The position numbers and the translations under genes were made by a program. DNA of 64,000 nucleotides from NCBI GenBank assembly GCA_964016885.1, contig OZ024740.1:280736001-280800000 (forward strand). The letters run 5' to 3'. Of the stretch, positions 29,560 to 42,070 are shown one piece after another; position 1 is the first letter of the stretch, and every line of letters begins with the position of its first letter. The notes under the pieces were generated by a model. It saw only the letters and a list, made by a program, of their open reading frames with translations. It made no database searches and was not told the origin of the DNA. This DNA comes from Eledone cirrhosa (lineage: Eukaryota).

Positions 29560-30185
29560 AAGTAATGAGAAAAAAAGGGAAGAGGTAAAGAAGGGCAGAT
29601 CTGGCTGTATGGGAAAACAGAGGAAAAGACTACAAATGCCATAAATGAGAGGAAAAGGAAAGAAAAAGCAAGGACTCTTGGGCCACAGAAGAAAAGGAAG
29701 GGGAAGGGAAGAAGGTGATGGGATCTTGGTCTTGGGCTGGGTGGTTACACTTTCATGTGCCGTCAGCCGAGCTTATCTGTGATGCGCGCAGGATGACAAA
29801 GCTGTCCTGCATGCACCCGCCCAGTGTTCGAACACTGTTGACTTATGGAGCTATATCGAACAGCTGCTGAGGAATGTAGAACGGAACTGGCTATCAGCTG
29901 AGTCCACCGTGAAGATAGTATCGCCATCCATTGTTAGTTGGGAAGGGAAGGCAGTATTCATCTGCCTGGTGACCATGGCGATAGAGGTCATGTGGTGGAT
30001 GCGGTACAAAGTAATGACGATAGGCACTTTCCTCTTCGGCGAGGACCTGATTAATCTTCTCAATTTTCATTTGAAAAGGAAAATCAGGGTGGAGAGGGAA
30101 GTGCTCCATTTCCAGCAGTTTGTTGAAATATGGGTGAGAGAGGCGAGCATGGCTCGAGTGAATGTGCTTGTAGATTGGAGGTGGA
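29560..30185 (+). mobile_element. Tx1/L1-like LINE 3' fragment with a probably inverted 3'UTR
   Basis: IEQLLRNVERNWLSAESTVKIVSP...IEVMWWMR...LLNFHLKRKIRVEREVL is homologous to 41510-41800. The purine-rich block at 29560-29750 looks like a reversed pyrimidine-rich tail. Confidence 0.6.
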
Positions 30186-31969
30186 AAATTCTGAGATCAG
30201 GGACTGATCTGAGGCCAAATAACACACTTCACCTAGCAACCAATTGCTAGAGAAACTTTACAGAATGGAAAAAATTATTATTATTATTTCTGTAACTGTG
30301 AGTTCAAATCCCGCCGAGGTTAACTTTGCTTTTCATCCTTACGGGGTCGAAAAAAAAATAAAGTACCAGTTACGCACCACTAGGGTCGATTTAATCGACT
30401 TTCCCCTCCCCAAAATTGCTGGCCTTGTGCCTATAGTAGAAATAATTATTTCCGTAACTGTATCATGTTTTCATGCCTTCTTTTGTATGTCTATTCGTTA
30501 GCAACACATGTATAACATATCTTTGATCGCTGTTTAAAACACCTTCCTCGTGTGTAAAAGAAATGTTTCTAGGACTGTCTTTGAAATGTATAAATATAGT
30601 TTGTGTGTAATTACATATATATTCTTAAACGAAATGTAATTGTTTATTTAACAAAGAGTGTGTATTAAATTATGTAACCATTATGGTTAGTAAAAAGAAA
30701 CAAATATATATATATATAAAAAACGAGGCATAAATAAAACTAAAGAAAGAAAACAAAAGAAAAGGAAATGTATTGAAAACGGAAAAAACATTTTAATTTT
30801 CAGAAAGTGGAACAAATTAATACTTTCAAATGTAGATAAAATATATGTTTATGCATTTTAAACGCAAATGAAATATATTTATTCACTTTAAGTGTAAACA
30901 AAATATTAGTACATTTGAAGGTTTTAGTACTATACCAATCATGAGTTGAGAGGGTATCGGAATGTTTCCTTGATAAATGTAATAATAATGTCGTTATGCT
31001 GTTGAAAAGTTGCCATCCCTATTAATGAATATTCTCAGTCGTTTTTTCATGGATTGGGTGAATGCAGTGCTTACACTGCGCGTAGATAAAGTTTACGCTA
31101 TCAACACTTATGTTATTTATATATATTAAAGAGGAGTTAGAGATAATGTAATCTACATTGGAGTATGTGTTGTTAGAAGTCATCTCAGAGTAGGCCATTG
31201 GTGTACAGAAGGAAGCGTATGGAATATGACTGCGAAAGCAAGAATTAGTCCCACCCAATGGCAGGGTCGCTCCAACCTATCAAAGACTGCTAAGTTAGTC
31301 CTCATTTTCCACCGCCTTTTAGAACGAGCCAGTTTGAAATTAAGTAAGAACATAGCAGAAAGTATGTGATAGTATACATATTTCACCAAATACTTTCTGT
31401 GGTGTTTTATCTTTTACGAATTCAAATGGAAAATACACCATCTCACTATATTGATTTCTTTTCTTTCTGATAAAGAACGTTTATGCCTTTCTCCCTGCGT
31501 AAGAAAAAATAATTGATTTCAATATCATAAGACTTTCATGATCTCTTGTTTCACGACGCACATCATATGTCTTGTCATATTGATTTCAGATTGTATAGTA
31601 AGTTGAGAATGAGATGGTGTGACGTTTAACAGTGATGGTCTCTTAGGCTTAGTAGTGATCTAAATTAAAAAAAATCTATTGCTTGGAGTATACATGATTC
31701 GATAATGTTAACACTTACTTCACATGGAGAGCTTTAATGTATAAAATATCGACTATAAAGTACAAGTAATCCTTGAGTTATCATTTTGATAACCAATGTA
31801 TCATTTACCTGTCGATCAATATTTGATAGATTGTATGTCAGTGACTTATTCATATACAAACCCGTTGTAATTCGTAAAAATCTCGAAACTATACAATTAA
31901 TTTGATTTCAACCATCATCCAATGATTATATGACTAATTTGATCTTGATTAAATTGGCAATAAATTATA

Positions 31970-33230
31970 CATACTACTGCTCCCATATTCCTCTCCAGAA
32001 TATCTTAGTTTGTTCCGCCACAGGGACCAAGTCGTTGCCTCTTTCTTTCCCTTCAAGCTGTCCAAACAACATCTTCCGGTTGTTGTCGGACATGCGGTTC
32101 TGTCTATACTGCCTGACTCTGCTCTCATACCGCCTAATCTTTGCACTCTTTGCTACAATGCGTTGCTTCAGTTCCTCTATGATGATATTTAGCTTTTTCC
32201 TCCTAGTTTTGTATTTTATTTCCAGTCTATTTTTAGTGTCTATGTTTTGTAGTGTCCCATTCTGTAGGGACTCAAGCTTTCCAATGTCATTTCTCATTTC
32301 CTTGATTTGACCACTCAGTCGTTTCTTCCACCAAGGTTCTGATCTTTCTTGTTTGTTGTTTCCTCTCGTTTTTATGCCAAGTAATTTCCTCACCGCATTT
32401 GCTGTTGCCCTGAGGATATTGTTACATTGGTGAAGGTTCCTCGCGTCAAGGTATGGGATGACTTTGTTTACCTTAGCTGTTGTTTCTTTTAACTTTTTCC
32501 TGTCTACAAATCTTAGGTTCATAGGTTTCCCACTATCATTGGTCATTTCATCTACCACTAAGTTTAGGATATCAACCAAATCTTGTCCTAGCCCGTCAGC
32601 ATTCATTTCCTCAATGGCCGTATCTTTGTTCCAGATGTTATTTATTTCAGCATTCAGATCATTGTCTGCTTCATTCTCTCAACCTCTTCACCTTCATTTC
32701 CCACTGGCTCGTTTGTCTGACATACTCCACTCTCCATTTCTAACCTAATCTCTCTGCTCAGTTCCTTCAGTTCCAACTCGCTCCATCCATTAGTTCTTAT
32801 TACCCGAGCCTGCCCGGCCAATTTTTGTTCATCTAATTTAAATAGTCCAATCTCGTTCCAGATGTTATGCATCCGTTTCCTATACCCTTCTCCTTGGGGT
32901 TACTCTTCAGGTAATATTCCATGACAATTTTATTCAATTCTTTCGTCCAGTTGGTTCTTGTCCCTTTCCTTCTTCTTCCTCCAACACCAGCAGTATTTGG
33001 ATGACAGCCAGATCCCTGCTGCTGGGCCAGGGAGCACTTGCTGGGTGAGAGTCTGTCACATGGTGTTCCAATCTCCTCTTCACCGTTAGTCGAACTGTTT
33101 AGGTTCGACATTTAAACACTCATATCGAGGATTGGTGAATGTATGGTTCCATAACCACCGGTGATTTCATCACCCCCAGTGATTTAATCACCCCCGGTGA
33201 TTTTAGCGTGGCACCATCACGCTGTAGACG
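31970..33230 (-). mobile_element. 5' portion of an RLE-type (R4/Dong-like) non-LTR retrotransposon, frameshifted and 3'-truncated
   Basis: RTNWTKELNKIVMEYYLKSNP / RMHNIWNE..EQKLAGQARVI / EPWWKKRL..EELKQRIVAKSAKIRRYESRVRQYRQNRM..FWRGIWE. Confidence 0.8.
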
Positions 33231-33414
33231 AACATAAGTAAATAAACAAATAAATAGATAAAAACTTAAAAAAATAAACATAAGTTTCATTGTAATGTTT
33301 GAATGTCTGACTTAGTTTTTTTGTTTGTTTGTTTTTTTTCCTTTACGTTTTTCGTAACATCGGTTACTAGTGTTGTTGCGTTCAAAACTTTTGAAATTTG
33401 TTTTTTGTCTGTGT

Positions 33415-34215
33415 TCTTTCGACTTGTTGCTTATTATTATTATTATTATATTATAGTTTAGATTTGACATCGTTTAAACTAAAAATGTTGAGAGAGTTTA
33501 GAGGTACAACAACAATAATTATTATTTTGGTGTTGTTGTTTTTTTTGTAAGCTGTTTGACCAGGTCTCTAAATCAGTCTATTTATATCTTTTGATGCCTT
33601 CCTCGCTTATTCATTCATGTGTGTAGTGGTGGTAGCGATGATGCAGTGGTGGCGGTGGCGATGGGGCAGTAGTACTATAGTAATGGTGTTGCTGCAGCCT
33701 GGCTAGATTTTTGTTGTTGTAGTGATGATGATGGTGGCGGCGGTGGTGCTGTTGGTGGTGAAGTTATTTGGCTGTTGTTCGTAACGATTTTCTTGTGTTC
33801 TGTTCTATAATCTTTCGACTTGTTGCTTATTATTATTATTATATTATAGTTTAGATTTGACATCGTTTAAACTAAACATTTTGAGAGAGTTTAGAGTTTA
33901 GAAATACAGCAACAATAATTATTTTTGTGTTGTTGTTGTTGTTGTTAGCTGTTTGACCGGGTCACTAAATCAGTCTATTTATATCTTTTGATGCCTTCCA
34001 CGCTTATTCTCTCTAGTGGCACTACCACCATCCCTCTCTTTTAACAGGAGGCAGTGAGGGAATAGTGGTGGTAGCGATGATGCTGTGGTGGCGGTGGTGA
34101 TGGGATAGTAGGCGGTGGTGATGTAGCCTGGCTAGATTTTTTGTGGTAGTGGTGATGGTGGTGGCGGCGGTGGTGGTGTTGGTGGTGAAATTATTTGGCT
34201 GTTGTTCGTAACCAT
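33415..34215. repeat. ~395-bp diverged tandem duplication
   Basis: tctttcgacttgttgcttattatt...agtttagatttgacatcgtttaaact occurs at 33415 and 33810. Confidence 0.85.
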
Positions 34216-34629
34216 TTCTTTTTTGACTACAAAATTAAATATTAAATATTGGAGCGTATGCCATAATGTGATGCGTTGCCACTTCCTGAGAGTTAACACT
34301 GGTATCGTATGTTCCATTTGTAATAAGAATTATTCTATCACAATTGTTTTAAATATATAAAAAATCAAAAACTTACGGGAGCGATTCCATAACACTCTGT
34401 CCACCATGTGCGTACCTTCCCTAATTATTATTATTATTATTATTATGGCTGTGGATTGGCAATATCGGTGGAGCGTCAGACGCTATGCTTTGCAGCATAG
34501 AGTTATGGCCCTTTACCTTCTGAGTTCAAATCCGCCGAAGATAACTTTGCCTTTCATCCTTACTGAGCCGATAAATAAAGTACCAGTAATGCACTGTGGT
34601 AATTGCTTGCCTTGTGCCAAAAGTAGAAA

Positions 34630-34678
<49 letters not shown>

Positions 34679-34889
34679 GGGCTAGGGCGGTGGATTGGCA
34701 TTTCGGTAGAGAGTCGGACGCCATGCTTTGCAGCATAGTTACGTCCCTCTACGGTCTAAGTTCAAATCCCGCCAAGGTACACTTTGCCTTTCATCTTTAC
34801 AGGGTCGATAAATAAAGTACTAGTATTGCACTGGGTAATTGCTGGCCTTGTGCCAAAAGTAGAAACAATTATTATTATTATTGGTGTGA

Positions 34890-37585
34890 TCATTTGTCTT
34901 TTTGCTCGCTCCCGTAAGTCTCATTATTTACCTGTCATAAATCATTTATTGTAAATTTTTGTTGTCGTGTAAGGGACATAAGCCCTTGAACTTTGCCCTG
35001 TGAAGGGGAAAGTAAATATTCGGGCCTTTTTTCTCAAATATTTGAACTTTTTACATTTAAAAATTATCAAAAAAAAAAAAAGAAAACATGACTGAGCCAC
35101 ACCCCCAGCGATATATCTGCTGTCGTGTGACAACGACGTAAAAGTTGAGAAGAGGGTTACGGTGAACACAGATATTGATACAAAAATCACCACCACAAAC
35201 AATGTGAATAAAGACAGCAATGACAACAACACTGAGAACACTAATTTTGAAAAAAAATGACCACACCAACTACAACAGTAACAGCGACAACCAAAATACA
35301 GATAACAGAAAAAAATGACAAATGCAACAACAATATTAACACCACTAACATGAAAACAAATAGCGACAACACCAACAGCAACAATACAAATTGCACCGAG
35401 AACAACAACAACAGCGGCACCAAAGACAGAACCAACTGTAACAGTGATAACAGCAACAACACCAACATTTGTAGCAGTAGCAACAGCAACAGCACCAACA
35501 ACAAGATCAGTAGCCACAGTGGCGACGGCAACAATGATGCCACTGAAAAAGGGACCATCTCTTTTGCAAAGGTGGCTCGCAGCAACGTAGAAACAGTCCT
35601 GGTCACCGAGGAGGAGATGGCGGTTGCAAGACACATGGTAGCCAGAACTGAATTTTCAGTATCTTTGAAACCACCAACCGACTTCCTGGAGGAACAAGAG
35701 CGACGCACAGTGTCGTACCGCACGATTGCCACGAAATCGCGCCGTGTGGAATGGGCCTCGGAGGCCCAAATCCAGAAAGCCTTGGGAACTGTGTGGGCAC
35801 GGAAAACTTACATCACCCGTGGCAATAAATATGCTACCGTGGACGTCCTTTTTGCTACCGCCCAGGAAGCAAAATCGCACTCACTGAGAGCCCTACGGAG
35901 TGATGACATAACCTTAGTCCCGTTTTACTGCGGGAAAACATTGCAGAGGTCAGTGTACCCCAAATCCCGCCCTACGTACCCGTGCCTTGGCTGGACATGT
36001 CTGTTCTTGCGGGCATCGAAGATAGAACAACCATTCTGCAGGTACAGAAGTTGGAGAGAGTGGACTGGTCCGGTATTGGAATGGAGATGCTCATCCAGAC
36101 CGACCAGGACTGCACCAGCGCTATTCCCGACGTAATAGACCTCGGGAATGGCTCCCAACTTCCTATATATGTGGAAGGAAGCCACCCAAAGTGTTTCAAC
36201 TGTGGATCGAAGTTTCACCTCAGAGCCTTCTGCCCACAGAAAATAACAAAGGTCCCCTCCCCCCAACACCGGAACCGATGCCATCAGAAACAGAGCAGTC
36301 AGCGAAAAAGTCGGGAGCTTCTACAAAGGGTAGGAGGACAACGTCCGTGGCACCCACACCCCACACCAAAGCCACGGACAACAAAAACAGCGGCGGCAGC
36401 TGCAGCAACAGAAACAGTTGCACTAGCTGCACCTGTGCCAAGAACGGCAGACGAGGCTCCACCACCAACAACAACAACAGAGACAAATGAGAGGGTAGAA
36501 CTCATACCCCTCCCGACCTCTTACAGTCGGACATGGAGTATGAGGCGGCAGAGGAGTGGAAAACGGTTGGCAAAAAACCCCCCAAAAACGCAAAAACACC
36601 AGAGCTTCTCCCTCTAAAAGCAAAGACAAAGAAACAGGGGTAAAGGCTGCAAGGAGACTTGCAGCAACACCACCACAAGCATCACCACCAACAACAACCA
36701 CGTCACCACCAGCATCTCCACAAACAACAACATCGCAAACACAACAAAGCACACACACCCAACAGCACCCCCCTCCCCCCAAAAAAATTACACAGCCATA
36801 AACATCGCACACAAAGGATTAATGGAACATATAAAGCAACACACAGACATTACAGACATAAATTACCACACCCCACCAACACCAAGATCATTACCAAAAA
36901 ATATTAACATTGTCGAAATTAAAGTCGAAGATAATAAACAGTTAAAACAAAAATTCCCCAACTGCATTGGGGATTTCAGAGGGTCACTCTCCAAAAGAAT
37001 CTACAAATATCATCTTGGAGACACCCAAGACCAGCCGAAGGGACGGTTCCACTGTCCCTTCCCCACACGATCAAGGTAAGTGATCCTTTCTCACTTACCC
37101 CGTTCCTCACCCAGCATGGCCGTACTCAGAATAGACAGTGTAAATGTCCGTGGCCTGGGATCATCTTGGAAGCAGGGTCATCTGCTGAACGACCTCAGGT
37201 CACTAGACATAGATGTGGTGGCCATCAGCGAGACCAGAATCTCCGAAGCACGAGCCTTCGCACCGATCTACGGCGGCTACGATGTATATGTATTTCCCAG
37301 CCGTCCGGGATCGGGGGAGGAGTTGCTGTGCTTTTTCGGAGAGGCTTCGATCTAGCCATACGAGCCATCTTCCTTGACCCAGAAGGTAAGTCGGTGGTGC
37401 TGGACGTGACCGGCAGCGAAGGTAATGTTTTCAGGCTAGTAGCCGTCTATGGCGGAAGGACGGCCAGATTTCTTCAGGCGTCTAGAGAACTTTCTTGGAA
37501 CGTCCCGCTCTTTAGTGGGCGACAGGAACTGTATCTTAGATGCACGCTGGATTATATGGGCCTAGTACACAGGGGAGGAAGGTGA
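34890..37585 (+). mobile_element. Tx1/L1-clade LINE 5' half: frameshifted ORF1 (zinc knuckle) and start of ORF2 (AP endonuclease)
   Basis: ORF1 ISFAKVA...HPKCFNCGSKFHLRAFCP. ORF2 LRIDSVNVRGL...DIDVVAISETRI...GGVAVLF...FRLVAVYG. Confidence 0.85.
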
Positions 37586-37589
37586 AAAA

Positions 37590-40500
37590 GCCCCAACAAC
37601 ATAATGTTGGCATAACTTCCAGTATATGTAAATCCCACCTCTATGATATCTGTGCATACATTCGTTTTTGGCTAAGATTGGGTAGACAGATGTAATGTGG
37701 TTAATTGTTTCTTCCCTATCTAACACACATTCTGCAGTTACTTACTATGTTCTGCTTCATTGTGTACTTCTCGTGGTTTCTGTGAGGTAGATTTGATCTT
37801 GTGCTGCAATTAGAAATCCTTCCGTCTCAGCTATTATTCCAGAACTTAGTAGCCAGTTTTGTGAATTTTGCTTGTTTAATTCCAGTCTATTCAGCCTTTT
37901 CAGGCTTTGACCATGTAATGGTTTTTCTTGCGATCGTTTTAATATGGCATTCTGGAGGTCTGTTTTCAATTTAGATTTTATATTTTTCACAAGTTCTGTT
38001 GTTGTTTCTTCTCTGTTTTCATTTTCCTCACAGTTGTCTGTTAACTATGTTACTGTTTTGAATTTCTTGATTTCCTTGAAGACAAAGAACCTTGTTTTTG
38101 TTTATTAATGTTTCGTGGCTAATATTAACTTTAATTTGATCTTCATTAGACATTTTTGTGGGTCCAAATTACTTATTTTATAAGAGTTTTCTAGTTAAAT
38201 AAGGTCCCTTCCTCACTGTGTTCGTGGTAGGTATAATCTTTCTACATCTGATTTTGGATGGTGTTATACTCTAAATGCAGCCATTATTTTCTTGTTTTCA
38301 TGTCTATTCTTGCTAGTTCTTTTAATTCCCTGTTCAGAATATTAAAGCTGTCGCTAGAGTATTGATGCCAATTACATTATTCTTTGCATTTAGTTCAGTT
38401 TTAAGTAGTAATTTAATCCATCTATAGTATTTTATTCTAATGTTTTCTTTTATATGTGAACTGAACTTTGTCTAGTTCAGTGATTCCTAAGGATTTGTAT
38501 GTCTATGCTTGATCTAATTCTTTTCTCTGTTTCTTTATCTAGCAGGATATTAGTGTTTTCACTAATTTTCCTCTCTTCAGAGTTTCCTTAACGCATCGTT
38601 TTAGGCCAAATGTCATGCCTGATTCTTTTATGAATCTACGTACTATCGGTAGCAGTGTTTTGGGTTGTCTTTCGTCTGAAGCATACAGTTTTAAATCATC
38701 CATATATTAGAGATGGTTAAGTTTCTTGTTCTAGAATTCATACCCTACTCCAGTTCTGTTTAGTGTCCCAAATAATGGTGTTAGTGCTAAGCAGAAAAAC
38801 AGTGGCGATAGAGAGGCCCCTTGAAATGTCCCTCTGTTTATTGGGATGGGTTCAGTTTTTATAGTTCCATCCATCGTTTGTACCTGCAGAAATGTTTGCC
38901 ACTTACTCATCGCATGCTTGATAAATGTTTATATTGTTGCTGATACTTTATTCATGGCTAGTGTGTTTCGCCTCAATGTATGAGGAACACTGTCAAACGC
39001 CTTTTGGTAGTCGATCCATGCCATTTCTTTTTCTCTGCAGTTTTTAGTTATGGCTATATTTATTAGCAACTGGTTTTTACAGCTTTATGAGCCTTTGCAG
39101 CATCCTTTCTGTCCTTCTGGAAACAAATTTTTTTTTACAGCTGTTTGGTCAATTTCTGCGATACTATTGCACTTAAATTTTTGTATATATATTAGGCAGG
39201 CATGTTATGGGCCTATAGTTTTAGGGGTTTGCTGTGCCATTATTTCCGGTTTTCTTCCTAGAGTCAGGTAGTTTTTTTCTGGCTCTGTCGGCATATCATT
39301 AAAGTTTTTTTTTTGCAAGTACAGCATATGTCCTTGTTATATATTTCAACCAAATGTTGGAGATATTGTCATGTACCGGTGCCTCCAGGCACATAATCTA
39401 TTGAAATATCTTGCCACATTTATTTAGCTGCTGTGTTCGTCATTCTTGCTAACTGCTAGCTTTGGCATTGTAATTCTCTTCTGTCCATAATCTTCTCCAG
39501 AACTCTTCCACTTATTTTACTTTCGGGCTACATGCACTTCTATTTTTCTCCTATTAAGTTCCTGGTACGTAATAGGAGCTGAAGTGAAATAGCTGGTTTC
39601 GTTGAAAAAATTGTTTGCGTTTTTCATATCGCTGGAATTTTTGTGCCTTTCCTAGTATTTGTTATCTTAGGCATTTCTTAATCTCAGGAATTTTCTTTTC
39701 TGTCATATATTTTTTTAGTATTTTTCTTTTCTTTCCTATTCCTAATTTTATTTTATTTCCTATTTCATTTAAGATTGAGAGATTTTTTATTTTCTATATC
39801 TTTTAGTATCTTTAATTTCCATGTTTGAGTGGGCTTAATTTTTCTTGTGTATCCACTTTATTTCGTAACAACAGTGGCTGCTGCATATATTATATTATTT
39901 AGCCTTGTGATATTAATGTTTCATTCGTGTTTATTAAGCATAGTATGGTCAGATTAGCATTTTTTATAATTGTTATTTTATTATTAATATTTATCGCTGG
40001 GAGGCGAATTCTTTTGTCCATAGGGAGGTGTCTAATTGTTTGGAAGTCTTGGATTATTTCCAGCATTATCCTATCATGGTCTTGAGTTTCGTCTTTAGGG
40101 TTTCTTTTTCCTACATATTTCTCCCCAAATTTCTTTTCATTTGTATTTTTGGTTGTGTTGTCCTGAATCGGTTTTGTTGTTTAGTACTCTGTATGTCTTT
40201 TGTGGTTGGGGTTTGTTGCATCTTGTTGTTTACTTTATCGGTTTTGGATATGTTGTTTATTTCTTCATGTTTTAAATTCTCAATATATTTATATTCGTTA
40301 TTTGTGTTTTCGTTGGGTATTTGTTCTTTTAAATGCTCTATTTCGATGTCAGATAGTTTTTGTTCTTAATACGTATCTCTTTAAATTTGCTAATTTGTTG
40401 GCGTCTAGCTTTAAATCAGAGTATGGTTTATTACTTTTATTTGCCAGATTTTTATGTGTGTTGTGTTTTCATTTATAGGGTAAACTATGCGTGTAGAATC

Positions 40501-41045
40501 AAAGCATATATTTCACGTGTCCATTTGTGTCTTTTTGATTTTATTCGTGGCACTTGAGGAGTAATGTCTGGCCTATCATTTAGAATGTTATCATTTCTGT
40601 TGGGTATCGGCGTTTGTGCTTCTAAGTTTGTGCATTCTTACGCGCATCGGTTTTCGTACAATATTTTTCAATGAAGGAACACCGGTACATATATGAGAGT
40701 CCTTTGCTTTCATCTTTCGCTGTTTATGATACTTGTATTACAATCGATGAAATTTATGTTACTTACATGCATCTGTATTCTTTTTTTTTTTTTTGCTTTT
40801 CTCTTCTTTTTATTTTGGTTGTAAACTCTCTGGGTCGTGTTGTGGCTGTTTTTCAACTAGTTGCATTATTCGCCCGTAGTTCCAGTGTGAACATAGACAG
40901 TTATATGATAGGGACAATCTATCCATAAAATACATTTTTGATAGGGTTCGTTGGTTCTTCATTTTCTGGTTATATTTACTGTCGTTTCGTTGATGGCATC
41001 CGACCTTTTTTAAATCTTGCGCAGAGCTTCTTTGTAGGCGTTAAT
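37590..41045 (-). mobile_element. Heavily decayed RLE-type (R4/Dong-like) LINE with RT domain, nested within the Tx1-like element
   Basis: Minus-strand AWIDYQKAFDSVPH (~38980-39022), FQGASLSPLFFCLAL, YMDDLKLYA and EKPLHGQ..ETEGFLIAAQDQ. Many stops and frameshifts. Confidence 0.85.
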
Positions 41046-41119
41046 GATATATTATCACCAGCACTACCCACAAAAGGAAAACACACACAACTACAACAAC
41101 TAACCCCACAGACACCAAG

Positions 41120-42070
41120 CCTCGTGCTAGTGAGAAGGACCAACGAAGAAGATCAAGACTGGGTGCCTGGCATCCGGAATGTTATCAGGCGTTTACAGCT
41201 CTCTACCAATCGGTCAATGCGGTCTGAGGAAATTCCACTCTAGCATTTTATTCAGGAGTAGTTCTGGACAAGAGCGACCATGCTCTCGAAGAGGTTCTTG
41301 GCATAAACGAGAACTAACCCACCAGTCTGTTCCGGAGAACTTTCGGCTCGGGGTTTATGGGCAATTTCCAGATATCTCTGGACTGGCAGTGCTACCCGAG
41401 AGCACTATCGGTCCGAGAAAAACTTCACAGGCATAGAAATGCTATTAAACGGAACTATCCGAGATCCGCACAGAGAGACGGAATAGTTCGGCACGCACTC
41501 GTCCAGTGCATTGTCGAACAGCTATTGTCACGTGTAGGACCGATCCGGCTATCGACCAACTTCATCGCTAAGATCACCGCACCACCTTCTTTTGCCTAGG
41601 AAGTGCAAGCAGTTCTCCTCTGTCGGATGGTTATGGCGAAAGAGATTGTGTGGTAGACGTAGCTCAAAGGTCTGAAGACAGACACCTTCCTCTTCGGCCA
41701 AACCCTCGTCGACATTTTCAAATTCTATTTGTAAAGGAAGATGAATGGGAAGAGAGAAGAGCAACAATCCAGTACATTTGTTAGAAGGTGCTTGAACGGA
41801 GCGAGGACAACTTGGGGGAATGGGTCTACTCTGAACATGCACCTGTAGACTGGCGAGTTCAGAGAGAAGATGGATATCTTCCAATGGTATTCTTGGAGTT
41901 TAGAGTGGTTTCCGGTCTGTGGGATCCCAAATCCCTCCTGGGTTTCACTCCCCCTATTGAGTAATTGTGTTATTATTTATTTATTGTTAATTGTTTTCTG
42001 TTTTTCCTTTTTTACATGTTTTATGTAAATATCCACTGTCCTTCTTTTTTGTATTGTCCTTTATGTTTCG
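41120..42070 (+). mobile_element. Tx1/L1-clade LINE 3' end (zf-RVT-like region and T-rich UTR)
   Basis: NFQISLDWQCYPRAL..VRHALVQC..VEQLLSRVG. Confidence 0.7.
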
